Assembly: GCA_029856055.1 (NCBI GenBank)
Contig: JAHQWF010000004.1
Span: forward strand, 1 to 37,646
Direction of reading: 5' to 3'
Length of the DNA: 37,646 nucleotides
From: Candidatus Njordarchaeota archaeon
Lineage (GTDB): Archaea; Asgardarchaeota; Njordarchaeia; Njordarchaeales; Njordarchaeaceae
The translations under genes and the position numbers were made by a program. The notes beneath the pieces were generated by a model, which was not told the DNA's origin, made no database searches, and worked only from the letters and a program-made list of their open reading frames with translations. Below, one piece after another: positions 16,462 to 24,831 of the stretch; the first letter of the stretch is position 1, and every line of letters begins with the position of its first letter.

Positions 16462-17781
16462 ATGCGGAAATTAAAATATTTTACAACAGAGATCTCACCA
16501 GATATGGATGGGATGATGGTCCGTATTGCTGGGTGGGTTGTTAAGGTTAGAGAAGTTGGAAAAATAGTATTCGTTATTGTAAGGGATAGGGAGGGAGAAG
16601 TTCAAGTCATTTATAAGAAAAATGAAGTTTCTGATAAGATGTTTGAGGCTGCTAAAAAATTACAAGTAATGTCAACAATTATAATTGATGGAAAAGTTAG
16701 AAAAGCGGCAACTAAAAGTGGGTTTGAAATAGTGCCTTTACAGATGGAGGTAATTCCCTCAGAAACACCGCTTCCTATTGATATTTTTCAGGAGACAACT
16801 GAGTTAAATAAGAGGATAAACTATAGGACTTTAGATATGAGGATTCATAAGCATGCAGCGATTTTTAGGTTGAGATCAATAATACTTGATGCTTTTCGTG
16901 AGATCATGAAAGAGTATGGTTTTGTTGAAATAAACAGCCCAGTCATCGCACTTTATGTAGCTGAAGGAGGCGCTAATGTATTTAAAGTAGATTATTTCAA
17001 TAGACCCGCATACTTAAGGCAGAGTCCACAGCTTTATAAGCAGTTAATGGCAGGCGCATTCGAGAGAGTATTCGAAATAGGCCCCGCTTTTCGTGCAGAA
17101 CCATCATATACAATTAGGCATTTAACTGAATTCATATCTCTTGATGTAGAAATGGCTTGGATAAATGGCGTTGAAGACTTAATGGATTTGTTAGAAGATA
17201 TAATGATTCATATGATCTCTAGGATTAGGGAACGCGGGTCTAGATATCTCGAATTATTAGGGATTAAGAACCTCAAAACGCCTGAGAAACCTTTTCCGGT
17301 TATAAGCTATAAGGAAGCCACTCTATTACTCAAGAAAGCAGATATACCTTTGGAGGGGAAAGAAATACCCCATACTGGCGAACAGTATTTAGGGGAATAC
17401 ATTAAGGAGAAATATGGTAGTGATTTGTTTTTCATAACTGATTTCCCTTGGGACGTTAGACCATTTTATACTATGAAATACAGCGACAAAACTCCTTCGG
17501 GAGAGGTAATAACGAAAAGCGTTGATTTGATTTATAAGGGAATGGAAATAGCTACAGGTAGCCAGAGGGAACATAGATATGAAGTTTTAGTTAAACAAAT
17601 GCGAGAAAAAGGTTTAAATCCTGAGACATTTGGTTACTATCTAGAAGCATTTAAATACGGTATGCCTCCTCATGGCGGTTTTGCTTTAGGTCTAGATAGA
17701 ATAACAATGCTTATGTTAAATCTAAATAATGTAAGAGAGGCGGTGCTATTCCCACGTGATCCTGAGAGACTCGAGCCCTAA
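16462..17781 (+). CDS. aspS: aspartyl-tRNA synthetase, archaeal type
   Basis: 439 aa with an N-terminal OB anticodon-binding domain and class II motifs (FRAEPSYTIRHLTEFISLDVE and GGFALGLDRITMLM). GGTG lies upstream of the ATG. Confidence 0.92.
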   Translation: MRKLKYFTTEISPDMDGMMVRIAGWVVKVREVGKIVFVIVRDREGEVQVIYKKNEVSDKMFEAAKKLQVMSTIIIDGKVRKAATKSGFEIVPLQMEVIPSETPLPIDIFQETTELNKRINYRTLDMRIHKHAAIFRLRSIILDAFREIMKEYGFVEINSPVIALYVAEGGANVFKVDYFNRPAYLRQSPQLYKQLMAGAFERVFEIGPAFRAEPSYTIRHLTEFISLDVEMAWINGVEDLMDLLEDIMIHMISRIRERGSRYLELLGIKNLKTPEKPFPVISYKEATLLLKKADIPLEGKEIPHTGEQYLGEYIKEKYGSDLFFITDFPWDVRPFYTMKYSDKTPSGEVITKSVDLIYKGMEIATGSQREHRYEVLVKQMREKGLNPETFGYYLEAFKYGMPPHGGFALGLDRITMLMLNLNNVREAVLFPRDPERLEP

Positions 17782-17792
17782 AGTTTGATTCA

Positions 17793-18425
17793 TCACCCCT
17801 TAAGAGCTCCTATCAATTCCTCTCTTCTATCTTCAATCTTCTGGATCAATCCTAAACCGCTTTCATCCGCTCGAAGACGTATTCTCACTTCGCTTTTAGG
17901 TCTAACTAGTACTGCAGGTTTAGCTATGGTGCCTCTAACCAGCGGTTTCACTAATTCTGGGACTCTAAAATCTACACTAGTGATTCTAGCTCTTATTAAA
18001 TCTCCTTTCTTAATCGTTATTTTTGCCTTTGTGTCCCTTAATACACCTTCTTTCGCATCGTATCTGAATTTTCCGTGTAGCAGCCTTGTTGTCGGTAAAT
18101 AAGCGTCTACTGGTCCTAAATTGACATAGACTGCTTGCTGAGTGACATCAACAATTTCACCTTCAACGATCTCTCCTGGAAACGGCCTATAAACCAGTAA
18201 ATCGGTTTCGACATCAAAGAATATATTTGGACTACCGTGAAGTATGTCTCCTATCTCATCTGCTTTTGCGTCGATAACAGCTACAACGTACCCGAGATCT
18301 TCTCTAACAGTGCTTTCAAGTTCACTTCGTAATATTTTCAGTATAATTGAATCCATATCCTCGTCGAGTCTTATTTCGTTAGGACGCACAGGCACCCTTA
18401 ATTTAGTTTTCATTAGAAAATACAT
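17793..18425 (-). CDS. rpoE: DNA-directed RNA polymerase subunit Rpo7 (E')
   Basis: The start is chosen at the ATG giving MYFLMKTKLRVPVRP, which avoids overlap with the upstream gene (ORF opens at 18467). DLGYVVAVID...LVYRPFPGEIVEGEIVDVTQQAVYVNLGPVDAYL is the Rpo7 N-domain plus S1 fold. Confidence 0.85.
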   Translation of the reverse strand: MYFLMKTKLRVPVRPNEIRLDEDMDSIILKILRSELESTVREDLGYVVAVIDAKADEIGDILHGSPNIFFDVETDLLVYRPFPGEIVEGEIVDVTQQAVYVNLGPVDAYLPTTRLLHGKFRYDAKEGVLRDTKAKITIKKGDLIRARITSVDFRVPELVKPLVRGTIAKPAVLVRPKSEVRIRLRADESGLGLIQKIEDRREELIGALKG

Positions 18426-18450
18426 TTTTCTCACCATTTTGACCTGTCGT

Positions 18451-19080
18451 TTACTCTTTCCATGCAATTTTGTGCGCTGTACTGATCACTATTACTGGGA
18501 TAATAACTGTGAATAATAATATGGCTATAGTTGCATCCCTAGATCCTTCTTCTGGATATGGTTTCTCTTGTTCAAGCACGTTAATTGTTATGGTGGGGAT
18601 AGTAATCCTACCGCTTTCGATCAATTCACCTTTCTGCTTCACAAAAGTGATGACTGACTCACCTATGCTATAGCTCCCTTTCTCCTTAAACGCGATTATC
18701 ATCCATTGAGATCCACGAGACTTCATTTGTATTAGAGATATATTCACTTTGACTAAGATTTCCTCTTCCCCTTCCTCTACATAGGTTTTTACATTACTAT
18801 TATTTTCAATGCTGATAATATTTATCTCCGTATCTAACTTTATTTCAAACGAAATATTCTTTAATGTCCATGTAGTTGGATTATCTATAATTGTAGTGAG
18901 ATTTATTGGTTGGTTCACATAGACTGATCTACTATTTATCACTCTTGCTCCAATTATGTTTGCATCTAAGTACACCTCGTGTGGGGAATTGAAGGTCTTT
19001 GCTTGCATCTTGTACCCAGATACCGCTATTCCTAGAAAAATTAGAAAAATAAGGAAAGTAATGATTAAGCGCCTCTTCAT
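18451..19080 (-). CDS. surface-exposed beta-sandwich protein with N-terminal signal/anchor and C-terminal TM anchor
   Basis: 209 aa with N-terminal RRLIITFLIFLIFLGIAVSG, a central CARDB-like segment (VYVNQPINLTTIIDNPTTWTLKNISFEIKL) and C-terminal ATIAILLFTVIIPVIVIS. There is an ATGA overlap with the upstream gene. Confidence 0.55.
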   Translation of the reverse strand: MKRRLIITFLIFLIFLGIAVSGYKMQAKTFNSPHEVYLDANIIGARVINSRSVYVNQPINLTTIIDNPTTWTLKNISFEIKLDTEINIISIENNSNVKTYVEEGEEEILVKVNISLIQMKSRGSQWMIIAFKEKGSYSIGESVITFVKQKGELIESGRITIPTITINVLEQEKPYPEEGSRDATIAILLFTVIIPVIVISTAHKIAWKE

Positions 19081-19517
19081 TCCTCGTCCACCCTTTTCAC
19101 TATCTTGATGATCCTATCTCCATCTTTCTTTAATTCTTGCAAATACCCTTTCTTTATAAGATTTTCAACCGCTTGAAATATAGTCTCTTTATTTTTTGGC
19201 TTTATGCCTCTAATCATAGCGTCTTCAAGCGCCCGAGCCCAGATTTCCTCTGGATACAAGAATGTGCTTTCTCTGAACAATGATAGCACATACATCTCAT
19301 CTTCTGATAATTCTTTTATTTCTTTTACTCTAGCTTTGGGCGCTAAGGTAGCCAGTGTTTTTTCTATTATTGAAACCCCCCCGATGCCATATAGCTCTGT
19401 CAGAAAATGAACTGCATGCAATATAAATTCCTCTACTGAAGAGAAGTAACCTTCCTCCACTTTCCTTTTTATGAATTCTAGTACTTCGCTAGGTACGTCT
19501 ACTTTTATCTCGACCAT
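19077..19517 (-). CDS. ribbon-helix-helix (CopG/ParD-like) plus C-terminal winged-helix protein
   Basis: 146 aa. MVEIKVDVPSEVLEFIKRKVEEGYFSSVEEFILHAVHFL matches the RHH strand-helix-helix pattern. The C-terminal IFQAVENLIKKGYLQELKKDGDRIIKIV is wHTH-like. Confidence 0.55.
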   Translation of the reverse strand: MVEIKVDVPSEVLEFIKRKVEEGYFSSVEEFILHAVHFLTELYGIGGVSIIEKTLATLAPKARVKEIKELSEDEMYVLSLFRESTFLYPEEIWARALEDAMIRGIKPKNKETIFQAVENLIKKGYLQELKKDGDRIIKIVKRVDEE

Positions 19518-19557
19518 TTAATTCACCTTTAAAAATATGATGTAAGAATAATATTGT

Positions 19558-20703
19558 TCATATTCTTGGTGGTTCATCTGGGGCTTTTGATAATCTATTA
19601 GCCCCATACTTCTTAACTATTATATCATCTTCTAAACGAATACCTCCCTTATCCTTTATATATATTGCTGGTTCTATCGTCAGCGCCATGTTCTCTTTTA
19701 ACTTGCTTGAAGGTTTAGATAGAAAACTCAAAGCTGGCCCAACATCATGTGCCTCTACACCTAATGGGTGGCCTAATCCATGTCCAAATACCTCTTTTGG
19801 ATCATACCCCCCATTTTTGATTACATCCCTTGCTTTTTGATCAGGTATTCTAGCCTCAATATCTTCTTTTATAACATCGATACTCGCATCCTGGGCCTCT
19901 CTAACTATCTCATATATCCTATAAAATTCCTTATCGGTATTCTCGGTGAAAAATGCTCTGGTAACGTCAGCGCAAACAGAATGCAGCTTTATTCCAACAT
20001 CAATATATCCCACTTCCCCAGTCCTTAACTTCTTATCCGAGGTTTTGTGATGAGGATTCGCACTATTTTTGCCGAAAGCTACAATTACTTCAAATGCTGG
20101 TTCTCCCTTAAGATATATCTCTCTATAGATCTCTGCCGCCATCCCTTTTTCACTCATTCCTACCTTAGTCTTATTTAGGACTGATTCAATTGCTACTAAA
20201 GTAGCTTTTACAGCTTGTTCTAGCGCGCTTAACTCTGTTTCTGTTTTAATTGTGCGGAGCTCTCTTACGAATTTGCCGGAGGGCTTCAATTCAATGCCAT
20301 ACAAGTTTGCGAGAGATTCAACAATCTTAGCATGACTATATAATATTCTTGAGGCATATGGTGCTGCAAGCGGTGCACTCATGTTTATTAGTAATCTTCC
20401 TCCGGAAACCTCAGATAGTATCTCTATCATCTTGGATAAGAAATCTTTTGATCCATAATAAGGGAGGATCTCATCGACTATTTTTTCATTTACCATGCTT
20501 GTTTCTAGAGAACTAACTATGGCTGTCAATTTTTCGGTAGTGAGAAGAAGAGCTATAGTTCCAAATATTCTTGTTCCAAGCAGATATTCCGCATTTGCGT
20601 CGTTTCCAGAAGAGATGATTAGCCAACCATCAACATCATACTTTTTTAATATTTCTAATGTTCTTTTCTTTCGGGATATAGCTACATCCACAAAACTAAT
20701 CAA
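19558..20703 (-). CDS. M24-family Xaa-Pro aminopeptidase/dipeptidase
   Basis: 381 aa with pita-bread metal ligand context (GYIDVGIKLHSVCADVTRAF, HGLGHPLGVEAHD, EPAIYI, GGIRLEDDIIV). It has a TTG start preceded by GGTGAT. Confidence 0.85.
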   Translation of the reverse strand: MISFVDVAISRKKRTLEILKKYDVDGWLIISSGNDANAEYLLGTRIFGTIALLLTTEKLTAIVSSLETSMVNEKIVDEILPYYGSKDFLSKMIEILSEVSGGRLLINMSAPLAAPYASRILYSHAKIVESLANLYGIELKPSGKFVRELRTIKTETELSALEQAVKATLVAIESVLNKTKVGMSEKGMAAEIYREIYLKGEPAFEVIVAFGKNSANPHHKTSDKKLRTGEVGYIDVGIKLHSVCADVTRAFFTENTDKEFYRIYEIVREAQDASIDVIKEDIEARIPDQKARDVIKNGGYDPKEVFGHGLGHPLGVEAHDVGPALSFLSKPSSKLKENMALTIEPAIYIKDKGGIRLEDDIIVKKYGANRLSKAPDEPPRI

Positions 20704-20727
20704 AAACTATCACCAGGTACATTTGAT

Positions 20728-21681
20728 ATGTCAAATAATGAGATTAGTAGCTGGTTTCCAGCCTTAATATACACACTTGAAAAAAAGGATAAATACTCAG
20801 TATTAAAACTTATTATCAAAATCTTCATCGCTAACTTAATTTTCGCTACAACTGCGACTTTAACGCTATGGCTTATATTTGGCACTGGTGAAGAAGCAGC
20901 CTTCTTTAAAGAAAGTGAGCTAGGAGGTAGCGCAGCATTATATAACTTAATCATTTTTCTGTTGATAGTTATTGTATCTTCTTTAAGTATTTACTTACTA
21001 ATAAAACTACGTAAATTCAATATACTGGAAGCAATCGGAATATTTCTTTTCTCGCTCGTCAGTGGATCTATATCGTCTATCGTAATTCCGCTTTTGACCT
21101 ATATCACATTATACTTGCTTTCATCATTATTCATGATAGAATACGTTCTTTCGGTCTTCCTAAATATATTTGATGTGTTTTCTATTGCAATGTTTATACT
21201 CTTCTTTATTCTCCAAGCTATTGTTTTAACTCAAAAAAGATTTAGTGCGATTAGAAACTGGTTGTTATTAATGACCGCTAGCTGGTCTGGCGTTTTCATG
21301 GGTCTCTATACGGGATTTTTAACTCCGTTGGTTATGATGGTGGGCTTCTCGCTTTATGATATATATGCCGTGAAAAGAGGACCTATAAAGAAAATAACTC
21401 AAGAACTTTGCGAAATGCGACCAGAATCATCTGAAGATAGGTCAAAAAGTAGTTTTGTGCTTGGTTTGGGGGATTTATTTTTTTATTCTATGGCCCTAAG
21501 TTACTCATTAGCGTATTTTAACGCATTCGTTTTCTTCGAGGTTGCTTTCGCGCTAATATTAGGCGTCATATTAACTATTTGGATTCTTATATCTAGTCCT
21601 AGTGTGGAGAAGGAGCTCCCGGCCTTACCGATACCATTAATGTTCGCGTTAATCGTTATATTTTTTAATAGCATCATATAG
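20728..21681 (+). CDS. presenilin/signal-peptide-peptidase homologue (GxGD intramembrane aspartyl protease)
   Basis: 317 aa, polytopic, with all three signature motifs in order: YD (SLYDIYAV), GLGD (VLGLGDLFFYS) and PAL (LPALPIPL). Confidence 0.85.
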   Translation: MSNNEISSWFPALIYTLEKKDKYSVLKLIIKIFIANLIFATTATLTLWLIFGTGEEAAFFKESELGGSAALYNLIIFLLIVIVSSLSIYLLIKLRKFNILEAIGIFLFSLVSGSISSIVIPLLTYITLYLLSSLFMIEYVLSVFLNIFDVFSIAMFILFFILQAIVLTQKRFSAIRNWLLLMTASWSGVFMGLYTGFLTPLVMMVGFSLYDIYAVKRGPIKKITQELCEMRPESSEDRSKSSFVLGLGDLFFYSMALSYSLAYFNAFVFFEVAFALILGVILTIWILISSPSVEKELPALPIPLMFALIVIFFNSII

Positions 21682-21723
21682 AGATTAAGATATATCCCGT
21701 ACAAGAATTAAGATCATGTGAAT

Positions 21724-21990
21724 TTACAGCGTCCTCAACCTTTTTCTCTCATAGTCTTTGAGAACATTTCTAACAACGGGACACGCTTCAAAATTACAAT
21801 CAGTTTTTAACTTATTACAGAATACTTTAGGAGGTGTTAATGATCTTATTTCTCCAAAACTACAAACGAGTCTAAAGTGATCCCAAAACAAATAATAGAT
21901 TGTTTTTTTGAGGTCGTCATATGATATATCGGGAGGCAAGAACCCTAATCTAATTAAAGATAAAAGATTATTACTACCCACTATGCTCAT
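21724..21990 (-). CDS. small Cys-containing hypothetical protein
   Basis: About 88 aa from the ATG at 21990 (ORF opens at a GTG at 21999, abutting the csl4 stop). It contains a C-x6-C-x4-C-P cluster (FCNKLKTDCNFEACP) plus one upstream Cys. No family recognised. Confidence 0.4.
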   Translation of the reverse strand: MSIVGSNNLLSLIRLGFLPPDISYDDLKKTIYYLFWDHFRLVCSFGEIRSLTPPKVFCNKLKTDCNFEACPVVRNVLKDYERKRLRTL

Positions 21991-21998
21991 CACTATCA

Positions 21999-22694
21999 CT
22001 ACTCCAGTTCCATTACTAGGTATCTCTTTGGCTTATAGGTTTTTATTAGAGTCATGAATTTTTCATAATCATATAGAGAAGATATCTTTCGGATCTCTTT
22101 TCTGTTGCAAACTTCGCAATATAATCCCTGTTTCTTAATTAGGGGTGCGCCGCAAGAACTACATCTTGCTGCTACTATTCCTAGTAAGTTATTGTTGATT
22201 GCTATGTTTAGTGGTAATGTATGATTCATTATCACTTTCGCTAATATTACATCACCTATCTTTATAACTTTACTTAGAGCTTCTGTTCTTATCCCTAATT
22301 GAGATATATGTAGATTAGCCGAGAATGGTTTTTCTAGTTGAATGAAGATGACTCTATTTGAGTTCTTATCCTTTTTTATTATGAACCATGTCTTAATGCT
22401 AGCTATTGTGCTTCCACTCGAAATAACCTCACCTATCACTAGATCATTTTTACGCGGTAATTTTATTTGTTTTATCGGTTCTACCCAAACAAGTTTTCTT
22501 TCTCTTCCATAGTGCAGGATACCAAATGTGGTTGCGATTATCTTTTTGTCCACAATAGTAGTGCCGCTCCCACTCTTGATGTTTTCAGCTTCTCCAATTA
22601 CGTCTCCAGGAATAACTATAGATCCCTCAAGCAAGGGATAAAACGCTTTATTATTGTTGTTTTCTGTCAGACTATTCACCTCCGTTCTCTTCAT
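21999..22694 (-). CDS. csl4: exosome complex RNA-binding subunit Csl4
   Basis: 231 aa with N-terminal VIPGDVIGEAE, a central S1-like barrel and a C-terminal zinc ribbon (CSSCGAPLIKKQGLYCEVCNRKE). Confidence 0.8.
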   Translation of the reverse strand: MKRTEVNSLTENNNNKAFYPLLEGSIVIPGDVIGEAENIKSGSGTTIVDKKIIATTFGILHYGRERKLVWVEPIKQIKLPRKNDLVIGEVISSGSTIASIKTWFIIKKDKNSNRVIFIQLEKPFSANLHISQLGIRTEALSKVIKIGDVILAKVIMNHTLPLNIAINNNLLGIVAARCSSCGAPLIKKQGLYCEVCNRKEIRKISSLYDYEKFMTLIKTYKPKRYLVMELE

Positions 22695-24309
22695 AGAAAA
22701 CTAGTCTCTGTCCTTGGTTAATAGCATCCTTCAGAATCTTTCCTAATCTACTTCTTTTCTCTATTTTTATTGTGCCAGATCTACTAATCATGTCTGCAAA
22801 GAGGAATCTAGATCCGAGATATGCAGCCACCGTTCTACCAGCCTTACCTCTACCAAAATCAAATACATAAGATTTCTTCCTCACGTGTACGACGTAGGGC
22901 AATATTGTTCCTTTTTTCTCCTCCCCCCTCCCCATTTCTTCGTCAGATCCGTACAATTCTTTAGCTGCTTCTCTAGTGACTGGTACAACGAATGTTCTTT
23001 CACCAAATGTATAGATCTCAAACATCGGTCTTCCTGTTAGGAAATCGTAGATCACAACAACAGGCCTAGCTAAGTCCTCACTTTGTAAGCCGTGCGGTAC
23101 TTTAACCGTTGTTTTTAATGCTAATACCCTATTAACTTCCCCTTTATTCATGAATATCACTGTATCGATTATAGAAGGTATCATTCCCAGTTCTACTTTG
23201 CCGATAAATCGTTGAATAGCGTCAACAGCGGTTGTTGCGTGAATAACACCTATCATTCCTACACCAGCGAGTCTTAAATCTGCAAACAATTGAAAATCTT
23301 CTGGATTTCTCATTTCGTCGAATATTGTGTAATCTGGTCTCGATAACAGAAGTATATCATGGATTTCCTCTGCAGTACCAAAAGCTTTTGAATATCTCGT
23401 AATTTCCTTGGATAAAATCATGTCTCGGGGTGCCTCAATGGTTTTCACAATTTTACCTAATTTCTTATAGAATTCTGCTAAAGCTTGAGCAAATGTAGTT
23501 TTACCGTGACCTGGAGGACCAGCTATAAGTATACCCTCCGCCCTAAACTTTAAGCGGTCTATCAACTTACTAGGTAACTTATATTCCTCTAGAGTAAGGT
23601 GCCTAACGGGCTTCACAGCCGTGATCTCTATAGCGTCCGAAAATGGCGGTTTAGTTATCACGATCCTTAGATCCTCCAGCTGTATGATTGTACTAGATGG
23701 CCTTTCGATTTCAATAAATCCTTGAACATCTGATCTTCTAACCTCCTCTATTATCTCTCTTATTATTGCTTCCAACTCTTCACGGGTCATGGGATTTTCG
23801 CGAATTATTTCGAATCTCCAATTTCCAGGTACCCCCTTTTTGGCTGTTGGTTTAACTCCTTCTTTTAAGTGTACAGATAAGGTATCTTCGTCAAAAAACT
23901 CCCTAATCTTTGATTTTCCGGATTTTCCTTCCCCATATGGATATATTAGTTCTGCTTTCAATCCAGTTGCATGAGCTAATTTATATAGTATGGGATCACT
24001 AGTTAAGACAACTGCGTCCATCTCACGAGCAATGCCTAAAACCGCTTCATCTATTGAAATACTTCTCTCACCTCTGCGTACAAACTCTATCCTCGCTCCT
24101 TTCTCTCGCATTTTTGCTAGTTCCTCTATGCCTACCAAACCGTCCTCTAAACCACTGTTAGCCATCTCTCTTAGCTTTATAACTACGTCCCACGGGATAT
24201 GAAATACCCCCGTCCTTATTTTTTCAAGCACTTGAATAGTTCTTAAAGCTCCTGAAACTGTAAGTGTGATGTCAATAACATATTTCTCCTTCTTATCCTC
24301 ACTCATCAT
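22672..24309 (-). CDS. PIN-domain / PilT-like ATPase / KH-domain protein (COG1855 type)
   Basis: 545 aa with an N-terminal PIN-like region (DAVVLTSDPILYKLAHATGLKAELIYP), Walker A (GPPGHGKTTFAQALAE), Walker B-like YTIFDEMR and a C-terminal KH-like tail. It overlaps csl4 by 23 nt. Confidence 0.8.
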   Translation of the reverse strand: MMSEDKKEKYVIDITLTVSGALRTIQVLEKIRTGVFHIPWDVVIKLREMANSGLEDGLVGIEELAKMREKGARIEFVRRGERSISIDEAVLGIAREMDAVVLTSDPILYKLAHATGLKAELIYPYGEGKSGKSKIREFFDEDTLSVHLKEGVKPTAKKGVPGNWRFEIIRENPMTREELEAIIREIIEEVRRSDVQGFIEIERPSSTIIQLEDLRIVITKPPFSDAIEITAVKPVRHLTLEEYKLPSKLIDRLKFRAEGILIAGPPGHGKTTFAQALAEFYKKLGKIVKTIEAPRDMILSKEITRYSKAFGTAEEIHDILLLSRPDYTIFDEMRNPEDFQLFADLRLAGVGMIGVIHATTAVDAIQRFIGKVELGMIPSIIDTVIFMNKGEVNRVLALKTTVKVPHGLQSEDLARPVVVIYDFLTGRPMFEIYTFGERTFVVPVTREAAKELYGSDEEMGRGEEKKGTILPYVVHVRKKSYVFDFGRGKAGRTVAAYLGSRFLFADMISRSGTIKIEKRSRLGKILKDAINQGQRLVFYEENGGE

Positions 24310-24468
24310 TATCTCCCAGTTCTCTTAACACATCCTAAAAATTAACAATAATCATAATAATAGTTAGTTTTTAATAAATTGAGGTTGCTTATTTTTCAGC
24401 ATCATTTTCTATCGTTTACTCACGGGCGAGAAAGTATATATAGTTTACGGCCATAGTAATTCAGGAAC

Positions 24469-24525
24469 GCTCACAACTCAAGATCCTCATCATTATCTTT
24501 CAGTAGGCCAGACTCCGATCATCGC
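24469..24525 (-). ncRNA. candidate C/D box sRNA (2'-O-methylation guide)
   Basis: The minus strand reads gcg-AUGAUCG-GAGUCUGGCCUA-CUGA-AAGAUA-AUGAUGA-GGAUCUUGAGUU-GUGA-gc. That is C box, 12-nt guide, D', 6-nt spacer, C', 12-nt guide, D. The deviant C (position 6 C) and deviant D (position 1 G) can still pair. Flanking GC/GC can form a 2-bp terminal stem. The locus is a GC-richer island in an AT-rich spacer, with TATTTAG about 30 nt upstream. Confidence 0.55.
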
Positions 24526-24831
24526 TTATAACTTTTTCCTAATAGTTTACTACTAAATAGCTTGAAAATAAGTTGTTAATTTACTCATTATTCAATAGTG
24601 TACTTACCGTTATTCAAATTTAAACCTAGTTGGCGAGAGATAAAAAGTAATGATTATAAGCATTCATACATGTATTTTTATTAAATCAATCAAACTATAC
24701 ACTTAAATCTTGTTGAAAACTCAAGCTTTAATAATCTAATCTTTACGATGCGTCAGATTCATAGAATAGAATATATGTATTAGTATCAACTACTAATAAA
24801 ATATCAGACCGATAAAATTAGGCATGAATAG

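Noticed and set aside
17785-18516. Plus-strand ORFs 17785-18102 and 18244-18516 lie opposite rpo7, and the minus-strand ORF 20700-20954 lies opposite the presenilin gene.
   Set aside because: They are antisense to genes with clear family motifs and have a Ser/Leu-rich shadow composition.
24440-24530. The plus-strand string TTTACGGCCATAG resembles the 5' part of 5S rRNA, and the region is a GC island.
   Set aside because: The sequence that follows lacks the conserved 5S loop and helix elements, with no CCGAAC...GAAGTTAAG-like core. It cannot be folded into a three-helix 5S shape by eye. The minus-strand C/D box architecture explains the island better.
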